From Scenedesmus sp. PABB004 (taxonomy: Eukaryota), in contig CM026547.1 in the NCBI GenBank assembly GCA_014905635.1, positions 4,092,001 to 4,156,000 of the forward strand: a stretch of 64,000 nt of DNA, in the 5' to 3' direction. The position numbers were made by a program, and so were the translations under genes. Under the pieces are notes generated by a model. The model was not told the origin of the DNA. It made no database searches and saw nothing but the letters and a program-made list of their open reading frames with translations. Shown one piece after another: positions 56,224-64,000 of the stretch (position 1 is the first letter of the stretch; each line of letters begins with the position of its first letter).

Positions 56224-57906
56224 CTACGGCATGTCGTCCTGCCCAGCGCCCGCGGCGGGCTCCGTGCTGGGCTCGGGCTCGCCGCCGCCTGCCGCGGGCG
56301 CCTCGCTGCGCCCCGCTGGCTCCTCGCCGCCCGCCTCGGGCTCCTCGCTGTGCGCCGCCGGCTCCTCGCCGCCTGTGTCTGGCTCGCCGTCGCCTGCCAC
56401 GGGCGCCTCGCTGCGCGCCGCCGGCTCCTCGCCGCCTGCCGCGGGCTCCTCGCTGCCCGCCGCCGGCTCCTCGCCGCCCGCCTCGGGCTCCTCGCTGCGC
56501 GCCGCCGGCTCCTCGCCGCCTGCCCCGGGCGCCTCGCTGCCCGCCCCCGGCTCGCCGCCGCCCGGCTCGGGCGCCTCGTCGTCCGCGCCGAGCGGCGCGG
56601 GCTCCACCGAGACCGCGCGCTTCTTGGTGGCGCGCCAGACCGGCTCGTCGTCGCTGTCGCAGAGGTCGCACACCGCCGCCTCGTCCGCCTCCAGCGGCCG
56701 GCCGTCGATCTCCAGCGGCCCCGGCGGCGCCTCGCCCGTGAGGTCGACCTTGACCGCGGTCGCCGACTGCGGCACGTCGGCGCCGCGCTCGCGCTTGACC
56801 GCGTCGGCGCCGCCCGCCGCCGGCGCGCCGCCCTCGCGCTTCACGCCGCGCGCCCTGTCCAGGATGGCGCGGTGCGCCGCGACTGCGGGGTTGAGCACGC
56901 GGCGCAGCTGCAGGTTGTCGGCCGAGTCGTAGCGCAGGGTGAGCTTCGCCAGCTCGCACACCTGCGGGGGCCGCCGGGGTGGCGCGTGGGCGCCCGGCCG
57001 CCGCGCGCCGCCGCGCGCCGCCGCGCGCCGCCGCGCGCCGGCCCCGCCGCGCCCCACCGTCTGCCACTGCCGAAGGTCCCAATGTGTCTGCTTCGCCTTG
57101 GCGCTGCCCGCCTCGGTCGCGAGGCCGGGGGCCATGAAAAATTTCTTGCCCTCGGGCAGCCGCTTGTCGGCGGCGCCGCCAGGCTGCACCGCGCGCACGC
57201 CGCCGGGGTCCGTCATGCCGACACCGACGTCCACAACGGTGAAGCAGTCCAGGTCGATGCGCCCTGCGCGCCGCGGCGTCAGGGCGCAGCGCGCGGCGCG
57301 GCGTCGAGACGCCCTGCGCGGCGCGCGGCGGCGCGCCCGAGCCGCGCGCCGCGCCCGCGCCGCCGCCGCGCGCACCGGCCCGGATGTCGTCCGGGTCGTC
57401 CACGAGCGCGGCGTCGGCGGCGGGCTGCAGGCGCGCGAACTTGAACGACCGGTACGTCGTAGACGCGTCGCCGCCGCCCGTGGGCGCCGCGGCGGTCGCG
57501 AGGAAGCCGTCAAAGGTCGCGGTGGAGTAGTGGGCGTGCGGGTAGAGCAGCTTGCTGTAGCCCACGTCCGTGCCGTCCAGGCGGAGGTGCACCTTGAGCG
57601 TGTGTGTGTGTGTGTGTGTGTAGTGGGGCGAGTCGGCGGCGCGGGTGCGCGCTGCACGCGCTGCACGCGGGCGCGGCGCGCTCGCGCTCGCGCCGTGCGC
57701 CCCCGCCGCCGCTGCCGCGGTCGCACCTGGTGCGTGTGGTGGGGCGAGTCGCGCACCGTGACCTTGACCGCAAACTCCGTCCCCGGCGCAGCCACGACGG
57801 TGAGGACGCCGGCGCCCGCGCGCACGACCGGCAGCGCGCGGCCGGCGAGGTCGACGACCTCCGCCTCAAACGTCGGCAGCAGCAGCGGGAGGCCGTAGCC
57901 CGCCAT
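56224..57906 (-). CDS. Hypothetical protein: beta-rich N-terminal domain plus acidic repeat tail, 4 exons
   Basis: AAPGTEFAVKV...LRLDGTDVG...TFDGF...YRSFKFA...LTLRYDSADNLQLRRVL, then VKxE motifs and EEPAARS/EEPEAGG repeats. Intron 1 appears to use an AAG acceptor at ~57593. Confidence 0.75.
   Translation of the reverse strand: MAGYGLPLLLPTFEAEVVDLAGRALPVVRAGAGVLTVVAAPGTEFAVKVTVRDSPHHTHQVRPRQRRRGRTARARARRARVQRVQRAPAPPTRPTTHTHTHTRSRCTSAWTARTWATASCSTRTPTTPPRPLTASSRPPRRPRAAATRLRRTGRSSSRACSPPPTPRSWTTRTTSGPVRAAAARARRAARARRRAPRRASRRRAARCALTPRRAGRIDLDCFTVVDVGVGMTDPGGVRAVQPGGAADKRLPEGKKFFMAPGLATEAGSAKAKQTHWDLRQWQTVGRGGAGARRRAAARGGARRPGAHAPPRRPPQVCELAKLTLRYDSADNLQLRRVLNPAVAAHRAILDRARGVKREGGAPAAGGADAVKRERGADVPQSATAVKVDLTGEAPPGPLEIDGRPLEADEAAVCDLCDSDDEPVWRATKKRAVSVEPAPLGADDEAPEPGGGEPGAGSEAPGAGGEEPAARSEEPEAGGEEPAAGSEEPAAGGEEPAARSEAPVAGDGEPDTGGEEPAAHSEEPEAGGEEPAGRSEAPAAGGGEPEPSTEPAAGAGQDDMP
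56270..56570. repeat. Coding 21/42-nt tandem repeat (EEPAARSEEPEAGG-like)
   Basis: About 14 degenerate 21-nt units such as ggctcctcgccgcccgcctcg / ggctcctcgctgcgcgccgcc. Confidence 0.85.
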
Positions 57907-57940
57907 CACGATGGCCGCCGCGGCACACGCGGCTCACCGC

Positions 57941-58037
57941 CGCCGCTGCTTCGGTGGCGCCGCTAGCAGCCGCTGCTCCTGCGGCGCCGCTGCTCCGGCG
58001 GCGCCGCTGCTTCGGCGGCGCCGCTGCTCCTGCGGCG
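57941..58037. repeat. 17-nt tandem repeat in the 5' UTR/promoter of the hypothetical gene
   Basis: About five copies of gccgctgctYcKgcggc. Confidence 0.7.
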
Positions 58038-58847
58038 CTGCTGAGCCGCTGCCGCCGCCGGGGCAATGGAGAGAGCGCGAGGCGCGGACGACGGGGCAGC
58101 GGCGGCGTGGGGCGCGGCGCCGCGGCGCGGCGGGGGGGCTGCGAGCGGCGCGAGCGGTGCTGCTGTCGCCGGCTCGCTGGCGTCCGTGCGCCACTGCTGC
58201 CTGGGCGCGGTCTCGCGAGGGCTGTGCGAACGGCGCTGTGCGGGCCGGCCCTGGAAGGGCGCCGCTGCCGCAGACCCCTGAGCCGCCGTGCCGAGCCCGA
58301 CGCTCCCAGCGTGGCCAGGGGGCGAGAGGTCCGCAGCAAGGTCCTTAGCCAACACGATCTAACAGGCCCAACCCGCGCAGCGTCCTCACGCACGCACGCA
58401 GTGCGTGCTGCGCCCACAGCGCGCGCGCGCGCGGCGTGTGCAGTCGCCGCCGCGCCAACAAGAGCAGAGCGTTCTTCTTCGATCAGTGCTGGCCCGCCCG
58501 CCAATGGCACACAACCCTGCTGTGGTGGTACACGCGCCGCCGTGCCGCGCGCTGGTCGTACACAGGCGCCCCGCCGCGGTCGGGAGTCAGCGCGGCAGCC
58601 TCTTGCAGCTGCGCGCGGGCGAGGTGCGCCCGCGCCGGCGCGGGGGGCGCCGCCGCGCGCCAATGAAAACAAGCAATTGCTCCCCCACCATGCCGTGCTG
58701 TGCGGTGCTGCTGCACAGAGCGTCGCCCAGGCGCGGGCGCGCGCGCGCCCGCGCCGGCCCTCCCCTCGCCGCGTGGCGCGGGCCGCGCGGGCCGCGCCTC
58801 AAGGTGTGAGGCGAGGCGGGGTTTAGGGTTCAAGGTCAAGATCAAGC

Positions 58848-59966
58848 TCAGAGCGGGTCGTACTCGGGCAGGTCGTCCGGGTAGGCATCGATCAAGTAGC
58901 GCACGAGCCCTGCCGCACCCAGCATCGTCACCAGCACGGCCCGGTTCCACGCCGCGACGCCGGCCGCCGAGCCGTCGGACAGGCTCGGCCGCGTGACGTC
59001 CGTCTCGGCCCGCAGCGCGCCGAGCTCGGCGGCGAGCGTCGCGCTCATCGCGCGCGGGAGCAGCGCGAGCCCGCCCTTGCGCAGAACCTCGGCGTCCGCG
59101 AGCGGCGCGGGCTGCGCAAAGTCGGACAGCAGGTACACGCGCTCGGCGTAGTACGCCGCGTGGGCGGGGTCCACGCGCGACAGCACCTCGTGCCGCGTGG
59201 CTGCGTCAAGGGCGACGACCACGTCGTACGCGTCCAGGTCTCGCAGCTCAAACGCCTCGGGGCTGCGCGCAAAGACCTGCGCCGGCGGCGGCCGCGGCGG
59301 CGCCGCTCAGCGCCCGCGGCGGCGCTGATCAGCGGCCGCGCGCGCATCGCGCCGCCCAACCTTTGGCGCGATGCCGAGGGCGGCCGCCTGCGCCATCAGG
59401 CCGGCGCACGCGGCGAGCGCGGCGGCGCGGCCGGCGGGCGAGCCGTCGACGTGCGTGCCGCAGGTCCACGGGTACAGTGCACGGCCGTAGCCGTTCCACT
59501 CCGCCACACTCTCAAAAAAGCCCGCCGCCAGCCGCGCGCGCAGCTGGTCGGCGCGATCAACAAAGATGACCTGGAGGTGGTAGCGGCTCCAGTCCACGCT
59601 CGGCAGCGGCCGCCCGGCGCTGTTGGCGCGCGCCGGCGCCGGCGGCAGCTCCTCGCTGCCCGGCGGCCCCAGCGTGAAGCGCATCGACGGCGCCGCGGGG
59701 GCGTCGCTGCCCGCTGCTGGCGCCGCAGGCGGGCCGCTGCCCGCCGCCGACGCCGTCGGCGGGCCGCTGCCCGCCGCCGACGCCGCGTGCGGGCCGCTGC
59801 CCGCCGCCGACGCTCCCAAGGCGCCGCTGCCCGCCGCCGCTGCGTCGCCCTCCGGCTGCAGCTGAGCGCGGGTGACGATCGGGCGCCCCCGGGCTGCAGC
59901 TGCGCGCAGGCGGCGGGCCTGTGCGCCGGCGGCGACGGGCCGCAACGGGCGGCGCAGCAGCAGCAT
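58848..59966 (-). CDS. Low-molecular-weight PTP/ArsC-fold protein lacking the catalytic Cys, probably plastid-targeted, 2 exons
   Basis: [20 protein letters not shown] (P-loop position), [29 protein letters not shown]. Intron 59360-59277. 10-aa [10 protein letters not shown] repeats after the transit peptide. Confidence 0.7.
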
Positions 59967-60244
59967 CCCTGCTGCTCTGACTGGCGCGACCGCGGCGGGC
60001 CGCGAGGGCGGCTCAGCAGAGTGTTCGCGTCCGCCGGCAGCCGGGGCCCGGCCCTCGGCGGCAGGGGCGCCGTGGGCGCGCGGCGCCGGCGGGGCCGTCT
60101 GTTTGCCGGCGGCGGCAGCGGCTGCCGTGCGGCGTCGACGGGCGGGCTGCGGCGGCTGCGGCGGGGGGCTGCGGGCTCGGCCCGGAGCCGCGGTCCTGGT
60201 CGGCCGGCTCGGCGGTTCACCAAGACCCCGGGCGGTTGCGGGTC

Positions 60245-60421
60245 TCAGCGCGGAGCCGCCCGCCGCCCCGTCCGCGGGCGGCGCAGCCCCGCGACGACGC
60301 GGCCGCCGCCGCCGGCGAGCAGCGCGGCAGCGCCCGGCGCGGCGCGGCGCGCGGCGGCCGCCGCGGCGGCTGCTGCGGCGTCGCCGCGCCGGCTGCCCTG
60401 CGTTGGCTCAAAGTCGTCCGA

Positions 60422-60452
<31 letters not shown>

Positions 60453-62726
60453 AGCGCGGCCTCCACGAGCTGCGACAGCGCGCGGGCGTCGCCCGCCGGC
60501 GCGCCGGTCAGGTGGGCCAGCCGCGCCGCCAGCGGCTGCGGCTCCGGCGACGGCGCCGGCGGCTCGTCCTCGGCCGCCGCCGCCGCCGCCACGGGAGCCG
60601 GCTCCGCCGCCGCAGCTGCCGCCTCGCTGGGCACCACCTGCTCGCCCGCCTCGTCGTCTACAATCACGCGCGCCCGCCCCCGCCCGCGGCGCTGGCCCCC
60701 CGCGCGCCCGGGCGCGGCGCGCGCGCCGCCGGCCCGGCCCGGCAGCTCCGCGTCGTCCCAGTCGTCCTCCAGCAGCGCCAGCAGCTCGTCGGCGTCCGCC
60801 AGCTCGTCCGCCCGCTGGCCGGGCGGCCCCGCGGCGGGCGCGGCGGGCTCGTCGTCGAGCGCCGCCCAGCGCTGCTGCGGGCTGCGGCCGCTGTGGATGC
60901 GACCGAAGAGCGACGCCGCCGCGCCGCCATCGCCGCCGCCGTCGCTGTCCGAGTCGGGGGGCGGGATGCGGCCGCGGCGCGCGCCGCCCCGCTGCTGCGC
61001 GCCGCCGGCGCCCGCCGCCGCGTCCCGCAGGCTCGCCAGGATGGCGCGGTGCACCGCCGCCTCCCCCTCGTCGGCGGCACCCAGCCGCTGCTCCGCCGCC
61101 AGCGCCGCGTGCACGCGGGCGGCCGCCGCCGCGCGCGCGCGGTGCCTGCTGCGCGCCGCCGGCAGCCCCGCGCCGCCGGCCAGGCGCGCCAGGTCGTCGC
61201 CGCCGTCGTCGTCGCTGTCTGCGGTCGGTCGGTCGGTCGGTCGGTCGGGCGGGCGGGCGGGCGGGCGGGGCGGGCGGCATGGGGCGCCGCCCCGCGCGAC
61301 GCCAAGGGGGCGCCACCGCGCCCGCCGGCGCAGCCCGGCGCGCACCGAGAAGCTCCACCGGGCCGGCCGCCTCCTGCTGCTGGCTGCCGCCGGCGCCGGC
61401 CCCGCGCGCGCGCCGCGCGAACGGGTTGGCCGGCGCGGGCTGCCGCGCGAGCGCCCCGGCGGCGCGGCCGCGCTGGACGCGCTGCGAGGCGGCGGGGCCC
61501 GCTGCGGGCACGGCAGCACGGCGGCCAGCGCGGCGGCGTCAGCGGGGCGGCCGGCGCAGTTCGCCCCACTCGGCGCCTGCACACACGCCCACACACGGCA
61601 GGCGCACCTGGCGAGTGCAGCATGCGCTGCAGCATGGCGTCGAGCTCCGGGGGCACCAGCTGGTCGCCTGCCGCGCCGCGCTGCGAGCGCGTGGCGCGCT
61701 GGCCGTCGCCGCCGGGCCAGGGGTTGGCGAACGGCTGCCGCGCCGGCGCGGCGCCCTGCGAGAACACGCCGCGCGGCGCGGCACCGCCCGCCGCGGCGCG
61801 CCGCGGCGCGCCGCGCGCCGCGCGCCCGGCCGCCGCGGGCGGCGCCGGCGTCGGTGGCGGCGCCTGCGCCGCGTGGCGGGGGAAGAGCAGTTGGATCGTG
61901 TTCCAGAGCGGGACGTTCACGGCCGGCTGCCAACCTGCGGGCGGGGGCGCGGGCAGGCGGGGCTGGGCACCCGGGCTGCGGCGCGCGCGGTGGGCGCGGG
62001 ATGCGTGCGGCGCGCGAGACGCGCGGCGTGCGCGTGCGAGCGCTCACTGCTCGGCGGCGGCAGCGCCGCGCGGCACTTTGGGCACTGCCGCTTGTGCTGC
62101 AGCGCCGTGCGCAGGCAGGTCCGGCAGAACGCGTGGCCGCAGGGCGTCGCGCAGGGGCGCACGCAGACGTCCAGGCAGATGCCGCACGACAGCTCCTCCT
62201 CGAGCGCGCCGATGCAGCCGAGCTTGGACGGCGTCACGCCCAGCGGCAGCGGCGCGCCGCCCGGCGGCGGCGGCGGCGGCGCCTCGTTCTCCTGCGCCGT
62301 GCGCCGCTGCGTGCGCGGCCGCGCCTGGCTCGCGGGCGTCGCGGCGCTCTGGTCGCGCTTCTTCTTGCTGATCGTGATGCACTGCAGCGCCGCCGCGAGC
62401 GAGCTCACGCTCGGCTGCGACTGCTGCTGGTGCTGGTGCTGCTGGTGCTGCTGCTGCTGCGCGCCGGCCGTCGTCGCGGCCAGCGGCGTGCGCTCGCCGG
62501 GTTCGCGCGCCGCCGCCGGCGGCGGCGAGAGTGGCAGCGGCGAGAGCGGCAGCGGCAGCGGCGAGGGCTGCTGCTGCTGGAGCTCCTGCGGGCCCCCAGC
62601 TGCGCGGGCCAGCGAGGAGCGGGAGCGGCGCGCGTCGGCGCGTGCGCGGGCAGTTGCGGCGGCCGCGCCGGCGGCAGAGCGGCGCCCACCTGCGGCCGTC
62701 GGCGTGCTCGGGACGTCCTGCTCCAT
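60245..62726 (-). CDS. C3HC4 RING-finger E3 ligase with a UIM-like motif, 4 exons
   Basis: [35 protein letters not shown]...[35 protein letters not shown]. Confidence 0.88.
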
Positions 62727-63106
62727 GGCGGCGGCACGCTGGCGGCCTGTGGCGAGAGAGGAGGGCGGAGCGAGCGGCGCTTGCGCCGCCGGCGCCGCCG
62801 CCACCCGACAGCTGGGCGAGTTGCGTGGCCCAGGGTCTCGGCGAGGGCGCGGGCGGCACAAGTGGACAGCGGCGGGCCGGAGCGGGGGCGCGTGTTTTGC
62901 GGGGCGCAGCGGGCAGGCGGCCGGGCGCGTGGTGCTGCTCCGCCGCACAGCGCGCCGCGCACTCCACGCGCGCGCGACACCGCGAGAGAGCGCCAACACC
63001 AACGCCACCCTTCGCGTGCGCTCCCCTCGCCGCCGGCCAGTCGCGCCTGCTGCTCTCTCGCCTGCGGCCGCCGCCCGCCCGGGCGCCGCGCGGCGGGCAG
63101 GACAGG

Positions 63107-64000
63107 ATGGGCAAGAAGGGCGCGGGCGAGGAGTCGGCCAAGAAGGACAAGAAGGCCAAGCAGTCGGTCGGCGATGTCCAGGCGCGCCCCCCGCGGCTGC
63201 CGGCCCCGCTCGCGGGCCGCCCGCGGGCGCCCCGTGGCCAGGCGGCCGGCGCGACGGCGCCGCGCCCGCGGCGCCGGCCGGGCGGGGGCGGCACGGGCGG
63301 CGCGGCCGCGCGGCGGCGGCAGCAGCGCAGCCGCCGGACGCCGCGCGCCGCGCCCACCCCCGCGGCTCGCCGCGCGCGCAGGCGGTCACCGACTTCCTGA
63401 TCAAGCCGGACAAGTCGGCGCCAGGTGCGGCGGCGGCGTCGATCGGGCGGCGGCGGCGCTGCCCGGATCGCGCGCGGCGCTGCCGCGGCGGCAGCGATCG
63501 CGCGCCGGCGCCGCGCCGGCGCCCACGCGCCGCCCTGCCGCGCCCCGCGTCGCCGCAGCGCTCGACACGTCCAAGTGGCCGCTGCTGCTGAAGAACTACG
63601 ACAAGCTCAACGTGCGCACGGGGCACTACACGCCCATCCCCGCGGGCCACACGCCGCTGCGGCGGCCGCTCAAGGACTACCTGAGCTACGGCTGCATCAA
63701 CCTCGACAAGCCCGCCAACCCGAGCAGCCACGAGGTCGTCGCGTGGATCCGGCGCATGCTGCGCGTCGAGAAGACGGGGCACAGCGGCACGCTCGACCCC
63801 AAGGTCACCGGCAACCTCATCGTATGCGTCGACCGCGCGACGCGGCTCGTCAAGGCGCAGCAGAGCGCGGGCAAGGAGTACGTCTGCATCGCGCGGTGAG
63901 CGAGCCGGCCGCGGGGGACGGCGCACGCGGCGGCGGCGCGCGCGGCCGCGACCGCGCCGGCGCAGGCGGCGGCGAGGCGCGAGCGCGCGTGCTCACACGC
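63107..64000 (+). CDS. CBF5: H/ACA RNP pseudouridine synthase (dyskerin/CBF5), 5' part
   Basis: [65 protein letters not shown]. Continues past the window end. Confidence 0.98.

Noticed and set aside
56270..58037. Regularly spaced repeats as a possible CRISPR-like array
   Set aside because: Contiguous degenerate tandem units with no unique spacers, no cas genes, and a eukaryotic context.

Overview
A gene-dense, intron-rich eukaryotic nuclear window with extreme GC content (roughly 75-80% by eye). It is most likely a chlorophyte green alga: TGTAA poly(A) signals, plastid-type transit peptides, plant-type telomere motifs, and a plant-type RR-TZF gene alongside BBS1. A Sphaeropleales/Scenedesmaceae-like source is my inference only. 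The long six-frame ORFs are mostly GC artefacts. By hand-splicing I reconstruct about 22 protein-coding genes. Recognisable products are a partial Ser/Thr kinase, a BRM/SYD-type SNF2 remodeller, a RavA/MoxR-type AAA+ ATPase, a GAF-PAS-kinase, a tandem CCCH zinc finger, two RRM proteins, a PhoD-like phosphatase, NUDX23, an ADP/ATP carrier, DCP1, BBS1, a RING E3 and partial CBF5/dyskerin. Weaker calls are a PRD3/PAIR1-like protein, an mTERF-like protein and an LMW-PTP-like pseudophosphatase, plus three hypothetical proteins. Two observations stand out. First, about 13 of about 100 hand-called introns need a GC donor (nearly all AG|GCGCG; 6 of 16 in one gene). Second, there is a tandem pair of uncharacterised secreted Gly/Trp/Ala-rich proteins with a shared 4-Cys Ala-rich domain and processing-like motifs. 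I found no RNA genes, CRISPR arrays or intact transposons. All exon boundaries were read by eye and may be off by a few bases.
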